The translations under genes and the position numbers were made by a program. Positions 24,037 through 35,840 of a stretch of DNA of 64,000 bases are shown one piece after another. The notes under the pieces are model-generated. The model had not been told where the DNA came from. It saw only the letters and a list, made by a program, of their open reading frames with translations, and searched no databases. How positions within the stretch are numbered: the stretch's first letter is position 1; each line of letters begins with the position of its first letter. Source of the DNA: Felis catus (lineage: Eukaryota); contig NC_058368.1 in the NCBI RefSeq assembly GCF_018350175.1, positions 229,402,001 through 229,466,000 on the forward strand. The letters are read 5' to 3'.

Positions 24037-25200
24037 GGAGGAGCCAAGATGGCAGAACAGCATGTAAGTTTTTCGTGCGTCTCGCGTCCATGAAATACAG
24101 CCAGACCAACACTAAACCATCCTACACACCTAGAAAACCGATCGGAGGATTAACACAACAATCTGCACAACCTGAACCACAGAACTCAGCAGGTACGCGA
24201 TGTGGAGAAGTGAACTGGGAAGGAGAGAAGACGCGAGGGCAGGGAGCCGCTTTTGTGGGTAGAGAGAGGACAGAGACCAAAGGGGAGAATATGGGAAAAG
24301 CACCCCTCCCCAAAAGCAGCTGGAGAGAAAGTGGAAAATTGGAAACAGCCGCAGGGACTAAACTAAAAAGGGAGAAAGGAGAAGGGAGAAAGGCGAGGGT
24401 TTAAATTCCATTAAGACTGTAAACAAGGGGAGCGCAAAGGCTGCAACTCCGCGTTTCCATACCTGGCGGTGCTCTGGTGGGAAGGGCGAATCCCCGGGAA
24501 CAGAGTGGGGTCTGAAAAGTTCTCTGGCCACACGGGGAAAAGCGGTTCCACTGCCGGAAGGACATTTGGTGGAGACTGTTGAAGCCACCTGGTCCCGGCA
24601 GACCCCAGAAAACGTCCACATTCCCTGGTGCTGGAACAAGGTCGTTAAGGGTGAAGCCTGGTGCCAGGTGTGTGTTGCGATTTTCCATAATCCCTGAAAA
24701 GCTGCTGCTACGCTGTCTCAGGAACTTTTCTGGGGCGGGCTGGCACCCGGCCACAGTCTCAGGGCTCCGGCACCGGCAGGGTCCAGCAGGCGTTCCTGGG
24801 CGCAGCTGACATTCGGCCATCATTCGGCCATTGCTCGGTGAGACCCTCCCGCAGAGAGGCGGAGCGGGTCAAAGCCGCAGTCCTTCAGGAGTAAGGGGTC
24901 GGGGGGGAAAACAGCCGCATCTGAGACAAAACTCGGGAGGGAGGTACTGCCTGGGGACTGGTCACAGACAGTGAAGAAGCGGGGAGTGGACAAAAACTGA
25001 AGACAGAGAACAGGCGCGCGATCGCTGATCTGGAAGAACAGACGGGGTAGCTGGGAGGTGCAGTTTTCACAGCTCCCGCACATGCGCATACGCACCTACA
25101 AGGGCCACAACAACCCACCCCAGTGAGGCTGGCAGCGCCATCTGGTGGCGAGTGGAGCCGTTGCACTAGGCCCCACCCAACCGGGCAGGCCTAGCTCTTC
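24037..25200 (+). promoter_or_regulatory. L1 5'UTR internal promoter / CpG-rich region
   Basis: caagatggc at 24045-24053; many CpGs; NRF1-like cgcacatgcgca at ~25077-25088; CTCF-like core at 25133-25150. Confidence 0.75.
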
Positions 25201-25367
25201 AGAAGAATGGGCCTGCTTAGTTTGTGGACTGTAAGGGGCTTTGTAGTTTGACTTCTGGGGGAAAATGAAGGAATTTCAGTCCTATTTCAATCTGTTAGCA
25301 GGTCCATCTATTCAATTTTCTTTCTTTTTTTTTTTTTCTCTTTTTCACTTCTTTTCTTTTTTTTGAA

Positions 25368-25752
25368 TACAGAAAGAGAAAAAAATCATTTTTATTTTCA
25401 ATTTTTATTAAAAATATTTGTCTTTAATTTTTTTACTATATTTTTACTTTTGTGTAATTTTTTCAAATTCTATTTTACTTCCATCATTTTATTTTAGTCT
25501 ACTTCAGTGTATTCACTTTTTCAAATTTTCAAACGATTTCCTTTTTTTCTTTTTTCTTTTTCTTTTCTTGACTACAGAAAGAAAAAAATTCATTTTTATT
25601 TTTAATTTTTATTAATAATATTTTTCTTTAATTTTTCTCTATTCTTTACTTTTGTGTAAATTTTTTCAAATTCTATTTTACTCCCATCATTTCATTTTAG
25701 TCTACTTCAGTGTATTCATTTTTTTTAATTCTCAAACGACTTCCTTTTTTTC
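25368..25752 (+). repeat. ~205-bp AT-rich tandem duplication in the L1 5'UTR
   Basis: tacagaaaga...ttttagtctacttcagtgtattca...caaacga occurs from ~25368 and again from ~25573. Confidence 0.9.
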
Positions 25753-25896
25753 CCCTTTTTTTCTCTAATCTATAAAACCACTTTCAAAACCCAAACCAAA
25801 ACACACCTAGGATCTAGCATCATTTATTCAATTTTGTGTGTGTGTGTTTAATTTTTTAATTTTAATTTTTCTACCTGATTATTTTCTCCCTTCAAA

Positions 25897-26773
25897 ATGA
25901 CAAAACGAAGGAATTCATCCCAAAAGAAAGCATGAAGAAACGACAGCTAGGGATTTCACTAACACAGATACAAGCAAGATGTCTGAAACAGAATTTAGAA
26001 TCACGATAATAAGAATACTAGCTGGAGTCGAAAATAGATTAGAATCCCTTTCTGCAGAGATAAAAGAAGTAAAACCTAGTCAGGATGAAATAAAAAATGT
26101 TATAACTGAGCTGCAATCATGCATGGCTGCCATGGCAGCAAGGATGAATGAGGCAGAACAGAGAATCAGCGATATAGAGGACAAACTTATGGAGAATAAT
26201 GAAGCAGATAAAAAGAGGGAGATGAAGGCAAGAGCACAATTTAAGAATTAGAGAAATCAGTGACTCATTAAAAAGGAACAACATCAGAATCATAGGGGTC
26301 CCAGGAGAGGAAGAGAGAGAAATAAGGGTAGAAGGGTTATGTGAGCAAATCACAGCAGAAAACTTTCCTAACCTGGGGAAAGACACAGATGTCAAAATCC
26401 AGGAAGCACAGAGGACCCCCATTAGATTCAACAAAAACCGACCATCAACAAGGCATATCATAGTCAAATTCACAATATACCCAGGCAAGGAGAGAATCAT
26501 GAAAGCAGCAAAGGAAAAAAAGTCCCTAACCTACAAAGGAAGACAGATCAGGTTTGCAACAGACCTATCCACAGAAAATGACAGGCCAGAAAGGAGTGGC
26601 AGAATATATTCAACGTGCTGAATCAGAAAAATAGGCAGCCAAGAATTCTTTATCCAGAAAGGCTGTCATTCAAAATAGAAGGAGAGATTAAACGTTTCCC
26701 AGACAAACAAAAATTAAAGGAGTTTGTGACCACTAAACCAGCCCTGCAAGAAATTTTAAGGGGGACTCTCTGA
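25897..26773 (+). pseudogene. L1 ORF1p, disabled by frameshifts
   Basis: ATG at 25897 (MTKRRNSSQKK); MSETEFRITIIRILAGVE...MNEAEQRISDIED coiled-coil segment; ends ...ALQEILRGTL* (TGA 26771-26773); early stop/frameshift at ~25933 and another near 26235-26250. Confidence 0.92.
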
Positions 26774-26899
26774 GGGGAGAAAAGATGAAAAAATAAATTA
26801 GTGAATAAGTAAATAAGTAAATAAATAAATACCAAAAGCAACAAAGATTAGAAAGGACCAGAGAACACCACCAGAAACTCCAACTCAACAAGCATCATA

Positions 26900-27330
26900 A
26901 TGGCAATAAATTCATATCTTTCAGTACTCACTCTAAACGTCAATGGACTCAATGCTCCAATCAAAAGACATAGGGTAATAGAATGGTTTAGAAAACAAGA
27001 TCCATCTATATGCTGTTTATAAGAGACCCACTTTAGACCTAAAGACATCTTCAGATTGAAAATAAGGGGATGGAGAACCATCTATCATGCTAATGGTCAA
27101 CAAAAGAAAGCTGGAGTAGCCATACTTATATCAGACAATCTAGACTTTAAAATAAAGACTGTATCAAGAGATGCAGAAGGACATTATATCATAATCAAGG
27201 GGTCTATCCACCAAGAAGACCTAACAATTGTAAATATTTATGTGCCAAATGTGGATGGAACTGGAGGGTATTATGCTAAATGAAATTAGTCAGAGAAAGA
27301 CAAAAAAAATATGACTTCACTCACATGAGG
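26900..27330 (+). pseudogene. L1 ORF2p remnant: endonuclease N-terminal 118 codons fused out of frame to the C-terminal tail
   Basis: MAINSYLSVLTLNVNGLNAPIKRHRV...ICCL*ETHF...KKAGVAILISD...NIYVPNV, then WMELEGIMLNEIS in another frame from ~27252. Confidence 0.93.
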
Positions 27331-27584
27331 ACTTTGAGAGAAAAAAATAGATGAACATAAGGGAAGGGAAACAAAAATAATATAAAAACAGGGAGGGGGA
27401 CAAAACAGAAGAGACTCATAAATATGGAGAACAAACTGAGGGTTACTGGAGGGGTGATGGGAGAGGGGATTGCGCTAAATGGGTAAGGGGCACTAAGGAA
27501 TCTACTCCTGAAATCATTGTTGCACTATATGCTAACAATTTTGGATGTAAATTTTAAAAAAATAAATAAAATTTTAAAAAATAT

Positions 27585-27829
27585 GGGGCGCCTGGGTGGC
27601 GCAGTCGGTTAAGCGTCCGACTTCAGCCAGGTCACGATCTCGCGGTCCGTGAGTTCGAGCCCCGCGTCGGGCTCTGGGCTGATGGCTCAGAGCCTGGAGC
27701 TTGTTTCCGATTCTGTGTCTCCCTCTCTCTCTGCCCCTCCCCCGTTCATGCTCTGTCTCTCTCTGTCCCAAAAATAAATAAATGTTGAAAAAAAAAATTA
27801 AAAAAAAAATAAATAAAAAAAAAATAAAA
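27585..27829 (+). mobile_element. Young feliform CanSINE (SINEC_Fc-type) in the L1 A-tail
   Basis: Near-consensus, CpG-intact, long A-rich tail; lies inside the L1 TSD pair. Confidence 0.97.
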
Positions 27830-29059
27830 AAGAATGATTTGTGAAACCATTGAAAGATACACTTGGTTATCTGGAAGAGGATGCAAGTCATGGATTTTAA
27901 ACTTGGTATTTAATTTTATTTTCCTTCATAAGGGAAAAAATGTCTTAGTGATGAATAAAAAACAAACAAGCAACCACACATAATGAGTTGACTGTTTATC
28001 AAAATAATAATCAATAAGTGACTAATTTAGATGGTCTATTTCAAGACTAAACACTGTTAATCAGTAATTAAAGTTAATATGAGGTTCACTATGAAAGAAA
28101 GGGTACTAGCAGATTAATCCTCAATGTTCCCCACTGAGTTATTATTTCTTAACAATATTCCAACGAGGACATAGAACTAGTAGGGATTAAGTACATTCCC
28201 GAAACTTATACGGCATGTAAGTGAAGATCCAGAATTTGCTTCCAGATCTCTGTATATCACCTGCCATAAACATAACATATGAGTAAAACAATGCTATCGT
28301 CAACAGGTGCAAAGGACTGGTTTTTATTACACTTGGGAAATTACCTAATAAAAATGAAGTTTCAGAATTGCAGTTCTTTGTTTGGTTTCATTATTCTTCC
28401 CATTACTGTTGCCTAGACTTTCTGTCCAATTCTTCTGGTTTTGTTTCATAGATACTGATCCATTTTGGACACTACTCCTTCCATTACATATTTGTGAACT
28501 ATAAATATACTTATTTCAAGTTTTTCCAGATACTTCCAGGTTTTACATTTCTTTCCGAACTAAATTTGTGTGCTTGTTTTTATGTTGCATATCGTTAGTT
28601 TTCTACGTGTTATATGACTGAGTTATTTTCTACACAAATATTGAGAAGGAAGCTCTGTACTTGAAGATAACCTTGAGAATGTGATCTCTCTTCTGGTTGT
28701 TTTATAATTATATTCTCCAAATCACTGAGTCCCACAGTTCTGAGTAGGCTGTAAATTGGCAGCTTGGGGGCTACAAATTTCACAAATTTCCCAAGACAGT
28801 GAGGACCTGGATCCAGTTCCCAGCTAAGGGTGGGAACTGCTCTCTGCTCCTCCTGAAACACCATCAATTTCAAGGTGGGGTCCACAGCTCCTTGCCTCTC
28901 ATGAAGACCCATTCCTGGGGTAGTTTTATGGTCCCTCTCTCCTTCTCTGTCCACAGACGTACTTTGATTAATTGAAAACCTTATCTTGCCATTATTTCAT
29001 TTAGAGAGAAGTTTGTTAATATGTATATAATACAAAGCACTTATCAAACAGTCGCATAA

Positions 29060-29215
29060 CAGACGTACAATCTCGGTAATGCTTTCATATGGTTTTTATC
29101 ATCTATTCCTCACAAGAACACTTGCTTGTGGATGAAAATATTGAAGTTCTGGAAGTTAAATACATTCTCCAGGAACCCACTTGTAAGAAGTAGCAGAGCC
29201 AGAATACTATGCTTG
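29060..29215. mobile_element. MIR fragment
   Basis: tatcatctattcctcacaagaacac...ccaggaacccacttgtaagaagtagcagagccag. Confidence 0.55.
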
Positions 29216-29587
29216 TTCGCCATGCCCCTCTTGGCTTCGCTCAAATTTAATTTTATAGACCAAGAATTACTTGATCATTGCTTATTTACCTGTTTTAAAA
29301 TTCTATTATTACTTGTAGAATAAATATATCATAAGTCAACTATCAATTATAACAATCACATGACAAGTATCTCTCTGAGGATGTAAATTGATGGATTAGC
29401 CTGGATCACAGACCCTGATGATCTGCCATACAACTGAGCAACTCAATCTATCAGCAAGAAGAGAAACCAATAAAAATGTCTGCCAGCATTTCAACAGCCA
29501 GAAAATGCTATACTTTATATTCAGCCAGTTTTTTATTTTGCACTTTTGCAGTGATTTTTCAGATACAGAATAGGGAAATCAACTTGT

Positions 29588-29657
29588 AGATAAATAGATG
29601 ATAGATAGATAGGTAGGTAGATAGATAGATAGATAGATAGATAGACAGATATATAGA
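29588..29657 (+). repeat. (GATA)n microsatellite
   Basis: Visible tandem tetranucleotide with ggta/gaca variants. Confidence 0.95.
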
Positions 29658-30168
29658 TTTGACTTCTTAAAATTGTTATAAGGCAAAAAGAGGTAAAGAA
29701 ATTGCCCGGACACCAAACTATATATGCAGAATCACATCTATGAAAATCAGGACAAATTTCTTCAAGTAGATAATACAACAATACCTTGTAAGAAAAATGG
29801 TTAGACATTTTTTGGTATTGTTATTTGCAGAGAGAAAGCAATTTTTCTAAGAATAATAATAGTTGTGCAAATTAGATGTCTGTTACAAAATTTTCAAGGA
29901 AAGGACAAAAGAATGAAGAAACAGTACATATACAAATACACATATGTATTATTAAATACACTCACATGAATACACTTTAGCTACAGTGTGATAGACACAA
30001 TTGCATACATTTTCTATTGATAGAGATATATGGGGAATAGTTCAGAAGATGAGTGAATAGACAGAAGGGGGAGAGAAAGAATATAAATATGTATTTCATA
30101 TATCAAAGTATATTAATACATGTAAATGACATTATATCATGTTATTTTTCAATAAAAATGTTAAACTT

Positions 30169-30381
30169 AATATATATGTGTAGATATTAGGGTGTAGATA
30201 TAATATGTAGGTATTATGTAGATATATATCTATAGATACAGATATCCATATATATATAGATATATGTATAGATATATAGATATCTGTATCTATAGATATT
30301 ATTTAGATATATATATATATATAATATGTAGATATATATGTAGATATTAGGGTATAGATATAATATGTAGATATTAGGGTG
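30169..30381. repeat. TA-rich complex repeat with direct and inverted components
   Basis: tgtagatattagggt occurs three times; perfect 21-bp inverted repeat at 30226-30246 and 30279-30299. Confidence 0.9.
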
Positions 30382-31302
30382 AAATTAAAGGAATTTTTGA
30401 ACTTTCGATAAATGCTTCTTCACCAAAAGACATATGGTGTTGCATCCATTAAAGATACTTGAGTTTCCACAGTCTAAGCTCTTTGAAATCAGGATGGCCC
30501 TTAGAGTCAAGGACATCTTAATAATGTGTCATAGTTTATTTGTAGTCTTTATTTCTCTTCATTAGTGCTACATAAAATAGTCATGCATCTCATAATTAAT
30601 GGTTTCTTAATGCTAATGAAATGTAATATTAGTTACTAGAAGATCTCTTAAGAGTTAAGAAAAAAATAATTATAAAAAACATCCTGAGGTCAGAATCTTT
30701 TCTCACTTTAATTTTAGGCACTAAAATTAGTGACCAGCCCCTGCTATGATCAGTGGTGAAATGTTTACATTTATACTTCTCTTGACCTTTCCTTATTTCA
30801 AATTTTTTTTATATTTTACTGTCATTCATTAGAGTATTTACATTTGATTATATAAAGATATGTCTTACAACTATTTAACTTTAGGTCTCTCTAAAAAGAT
30901 GGAATGTTTTCGACCAGTCATTTTACTATTGTATTTCTAGTCTCAATATTCATAATCAATGTCCTCTAAAACCTTGAAAATTTGAGAGGCTGTTTTTAGA
31001 CTCTACGTTTGAAAGATAATTCAGATGATATAAAACCCTTTAGATGTACTTTCCTCAGAAATTTGTAGATGCCTCTGTACTCTTTTAGTATTAAAAGCTA
31101 TTTCGGAAAAATGCGAGGTTATACTAATAGTTTCCTCAATATTTGGATTCCTTCTAATCTAACCACGATATGGCTTCTTTTCTGACAGGTCTGTTTCAGA
31201 ATCCTCATTTCCCATTCCTCATTCACCCACCCACACATTAAGTGACTTTTGATCTTCAGATTCAAGTCTGTCCTTACTTCAGAAAAGTTTCCTTCCGTCA
31301 TA

Positions 31303-31503
31303 GGGGTGCCCGGTGTCTGTCGTTAAGCGTCAGACTTTGGCTTAGATCACCATCTCTTGGTTCGTGAGTTCAAGCCCGCTAGCGTATGGCTCTGTGATGA
31401 CAGCCTGGGGCCTGCTTTGGTGTCTCCCTTTCTCTGCCCCTCTCCTGCTCCCGCTCTTTCTCTTTTTCAAGAATAAATAAACATTAGAAACATTTTTTTA
31501 AAA
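31303..31503 (+). mobile_element. CanSINE inserted in an old antisense L1 remnant
   Basis: Degenerate TSD agaaaagttt(c/t)cttcc(gtc/att)ata at 31281-31302 and 31504-31525. Confidence 0.9.
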
Positions 31504-32515
31504 AGAAAAGTTTTCTTCCATTATAGATTTGATCATTTATTTGATGGCATTTTTTTAAAGCTCTGGAGTCCAGTAACACCACTGGATCGCTCTGTTCTGC
31601 TAAAGCCATCATGCGTTCTACTTTTTCAAATCCTTGTTCTTCTTATGTCACTGGGATTTGATTTCCTTTGTTATCATACCACTGACTCTGTCATCTGTCA
31701 CGATTGCACTATTATGTTGTTTGTAAAGTGCTTCAGTCCGTGAAGCTTTTACTGTTCCTTTCCCTTTTAAGTCGGTGTTCAATCTTTATCTCCTCTGTTG
31801 TCTTTAATACCATTTTTGAACTCTTAGATCTGAATCACATCCGTTTTTTGTTTGTTTGTTTTAAGAATAAATATGTTGTCATTTCCCTGAAATTACAAAG
31901 CAACATTTCTCTCAAGTCTTATGCCATGTCTTAGTCAAATCCCCCTATCGGGATGTTTTCATCTACCTTTTATTTACACTGCTTTCCTCGCTTTTCATTT
32001 ACTTTGGTTTGGGTTGGGTTTTTTTTTTTTTTTCAAAGTATTTATGAATAAGCATTATGCTATTTCTTTTCTGACCCATATTCAACTTTGATTCGAACAA
32101 AGAACAACACAGTGATGTTGATGGGAAGTGAAACAGAGCATCCTCTCATTTAACGTTCTGCTTTGTTACTCTGGAAAACCCTTACAAAAACTACATCATT
32201 TAGTTTAGATCCTTAACGTTCAGTTTGGAACATTAAGCAATCTGCGTTGCTCACTGAAAACTCCATTGTTGTAAGTTCTTTGTACCGGGATGTGTTGATC
32301 TCTTCCTCTCATCTGCCAGTCCCCACAGATGTGGGCGATAGGATTTCCCAAAGGGAATCAAGAGTCAGACGGACATCTCTTTCCACTCACTACTTAACCT
32401 CCCCATCCCCTGCTCAGTTCTGGGAAAAGATAATGCATTCATTTACATTTTAAGAAATGTAAACTGAAAAACTGGGAAACTGAAAAATTATGCTTTTTAA
32501 AAGCTGTTTACAGTT

Positions 32516-33946
32516 TTGCTTTTTTTTTTTACCAGCTTTATTGTAGTATGATTGATACACAAAAGACTGCATGCAATTAATGTGTATGATTTGATATGTT
32601 TGGACTTCCAAAAGTTTCTTGTGTCCCTTTGGTTTGGGGGTGTGTGTGTGTGTATGTGTGTGTACACGCACACATGTGTGGAGTACAAACTTTTAACCTA
32701 AGATCTAATCCCTTAACAGTTTTGAAGTACATAATGTCATATTGTTATCAACAGATGCTAAGTTGTAACGCAGATCTCCAGAAGGTACTCATTCTATATA
32801 ATGGTAACTTTATACTCATTGAACAACAACTCTACATTTCTCCCTCCTCAATCCCCTGGTAACCACCATTCTATTTTCTGCTTCTTTAAATTTGGATAAT
32901 TTAGATTCCTCATGTAAGCAGAATCATGTAGTGATTCTTCAGTGCCTAACTTATTCCATGTATCATAATGTCTTCCAGGTCCATTCATGTCGAAACAAAA
33001 AAAAAAGGTAGAATTTCCTCCTTTGCTAAAGATGAATAATATTCCATTAAAATTTTCCTGTCAGTGAGCGTTTAGGTTGTTTCCATATGTTGGCTTTTTT
33101 TGACTAATGCTGCTATGTACATGGGGTACAAATATCTCTTTGAGACAGTGATTTCATTTCCTTTGGACATATCCCCAGCAGTGAAAGTGATGAATTTTAT
33201 GGTAGTTCTGTTTTTAATGCTTTGACAAACCTCCATGCTGTTGTCCACAAGCAGCTGCACCACTTTACATTTCCATCAGCAGTGAATAAAGGGTCCAATT
33301 TCTCCACCACTTCATCAACCTTTGTTATCCTTTGAGTTTTGATGGTGTCTATCCTAATAAGCAGAAGGTGATATCTCATTGTGGTTTTGATTTGCATTTC
33401 CCTGATGAGTAGTGACGTCAAGCATCTTTTCATATATCTGTTGGCCACTAGTATGTATGCCTTCTTTGGACTTCTTTTAATTGGGTTACTTATTTTTTTT
33501 ATTTTTTGCTATTTAGTTGTCGAAGTGCCCTATACATTTTGGAGATTAGCCCTTTATCAGATATATCATTTGCAAATATTTTCTCCCATTCCATAGGCTT
33601 CCTGTTGACTCTATTGATTGTTGCTTTTGCTGTGCAGAACCTTTTTTAGTTTGACATAGTCCTGCTTGTCTATTTTTGCTTTTGTTGCCTGTGGTTTTGT
33701 GTCATATCCATGAAAACATTACCAAGACCAATGTCAAGATTTTCCTCTAAGTTTTCTTCTAGGTATTTTATAATTTCAGGTCTTATACTTAGGGCTTTCA
33801 TGGATTTTGAGTATTTTTTGTGTATGGTGTAAGATAGGGTCCAATTTCATTCCTTTGCATGTGGATGTCCAGTTTTCCCAATACCACTGTAAAAGAGACT
33901 GCCCTTTCCCTATTGTGCATACTTGGCACCCTTAAAAAAGATCAGT
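32516..33946 (-). mobile_element. L1 3' portion (L1MA/L1_Carn-like): ORF2 C-terminus and 3'UTR
   Basis: Minus [31 protein letters not shown] matches the ORF2p C-terminal region; polyT at ~32520-32530. Confidence 0.93.
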
Positions 33947-34096
33947 TAAAGACATCTCTTTAATTGTCAAATTAGTCTCTCAGTTGTATATGCTGTCTCT
34001 TCAGTGGACCCTCCTATTCCTGGTACCTCATTGATCTAATGCAGGATCACAGACAGGACTGTTAGGGTTAATATTCTTAATTTTTTTTTAATTTTT

Positions 34097-34196
34097 TGCT
34101 TGGGATTCTCTCTCTCCCTCTCTCTCTGTTCCACCTGAGTGCGTGCACATGCTTGCTCACTCTCTATCAATATAAATAAATAAACTTAAAAAAAGA
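34097..34196 (+). mobile_element. CanSINE 3' half
   Basis: tgcttgggattctctctctccctctc...aaataaataaacttaaaaaaa. Confidence 0.85.
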
Positions 34197-34219
34197 AATT
34201 AGCATTGAAACACTTTATA

Positions 34220-34670
34220 AATAAATATCATAAAAAAGTGAATGAGAACCTTAAAATCATTCACAAGGAAAACATACACCTACAGCAAACCAAAGACAAT
34301 AGTTATTATAGACTTCTGACTAGAAAATGCTCAAGCCAAAAGAAAATTCAACCATGTCTTAAAAGTGCTAGGAAACAAAGAGAAAAGAAAAGCTAATCTT
34401 GAATTGTATATGCAGAGAAAATCCTTTTCAATAATCAAAGTAAATTAAAAGCATTTTAAAATAGAGAAAAATTCAGGGAATTCATTGCTAGTAGACTTAT
34501 TCTACAAGTAATATCGAAGGAAGCTTTTAAGGCAAAAGGAAAATTGTTCCAGATGAAAATTTGAACGTATATAAAGGAATACGAGTGTCAAAATGGATAA
34601 ATATGTGGGAAAATATAAAATATTTTTCTCATTTTACAATCACTTTAAAGGAAAATTGGCTGTATACCTT
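34220..34670 (+). mobile_element. Old L1 ORF1 3' fragment
   Basis: gaattgtatatgcagagaaaatccttttcaataat; agggaattcattgctagtagacttattctacaag. Confidence 0.7.
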
Positions 34671-34824
34671 AAATAAGGGGAGAATCCCTTGACTACAATC
34701 TTCCAAGTGACCACAACTCCAGTACTGTTCATCACGATCTGCATTTTCTTTGACTCACTAAGTCAAAAGGTTGGATAGACCCTGCAATAATATATTGTAG
34801 GTTAAATGTTACATCAACAATTGA

Positions 34825-35043
34825 GGGGGGCCTGGGTGGCTTAGTTGGTTAAGCGTCCGACTTTGACTCAGGTCATGATCTCACAGTTTGTGAGTTCGAT
34901 CCCTACATCAGGTTCTGTGCTGACAGCTCAGAACCAGGAGCCTGCTTTGGATTCTGTGTGTCCCTCTCTCTTTGCCCTCCCCTGCTCACATCTGTCTGTC
35001 TCTCTCTCTAAAAAATGAATGAACATTTAAAAAAAAATTTTAA
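34825..35043 (+). mobile_element. CanSINE
   Basis: Full head, CT tract and A-tail. Confidence 0.94.
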
Positions 35044-35431
35044 ATGATTGAACATAAGCAGAACAAAAAAAAATCACAAGAGAACTGCATCAAGTTACCA
35101 AGATTTTGGGTTCTTGGTATCTTGTAACTAGCAAGCAAAGAAAAGAGACATTATTCTTGTAGGGGTAACTGATGCTGATCATCAGGAGGAAATATTGCTG
35201 CCTTTTAAACATTGGGGGCAGAGACCTAAGTTTAGTGTCAAGTGATCTACCTGGCCTCTCTTACTATTTTCTTAACCAATATGATGATATATCGGCTGTT
35301 GTCACCATACCAGGGACTCAGCCCCCTCAGACCACCAGGTAATCCTTCCAGCCCGTAGAAGGTCCTGGCTGAGGGCAAGAGAAGTCTAGAATAGATACTA
35401 AGAGAGGGAAAGAATGGGAAACAATGGTAGC

Positions 35432-35840
35432 CAGGGCTAGCTTCATGAATATTAAACCTGTGGAGTCCATAAGGCCCCACACTTAGAATAATCTCATACT
35501 TGGTTTAGTGCTCTACCATCACCCCCTTGAAATTTTTAAATACATTTTTTTTTAATTTTTTTAATGTTTATTTATTTTTGAGACAGAGAGAGACAGAGCA
35601 TGATCAGGGGAGGGGCAGAGAGGGAGGGAGACACAGAATCCGAAACAGGCTCCAGGCTCCAAGCTGCCAGCACAGAGCCCGATGTGGGGCTCGAACTCAC
35701 GGACCGTGAGATCACGACCTGAGCCGAAGTCGGACGCTTAACCGACCAAGCCACCCAGGTGCCCCTTTAAATACATTTTTAACAAGGAGCCCACATTTTA
35801 ATTTTGAGCTCATAAATTAATAAATTATGTCACTAGTCCC
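35432..35840. mobile_element. MER91-like hAT-Tip100 element, interrupted by a SINE
   Basis: cagggctagcttcatg...cttggtttagtgctct...cttgaaatt...aacaaggagcccacatttt...aattatgtcactagtcc resembles recalled MER91A. Confidence 0.65.
35550..35765 (-). mobile_element. CanSINE
   Basis: TSD tttaaatacattttt at 35535-35549 and 35766-35780. Confidence 0.96.

Larger units (their letters stand above)
24037..27829 (+). mobile_element. Feliform L1 with intact 5' end and large internal ORF2 deletion; SINE in its A-tail
   Basis: Starts ggaggagccaagatggc (YY1-like); CpG-rich 5'UTR, ORF1, ORF2 start, 3'UTR; perfect 17-bp TSD aagaatgatttgtgaaa at 24020-24036 and 27830-27846. Confidence 0.96.

Noticed and set aside
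27245..27260. L1 deletion as a splicing product
   Set aside because: From recalled L1 sequence, and the older copy at ~14075-14100, there is no AG acceptor immediately before the resumption point; microhomology is more plausible.
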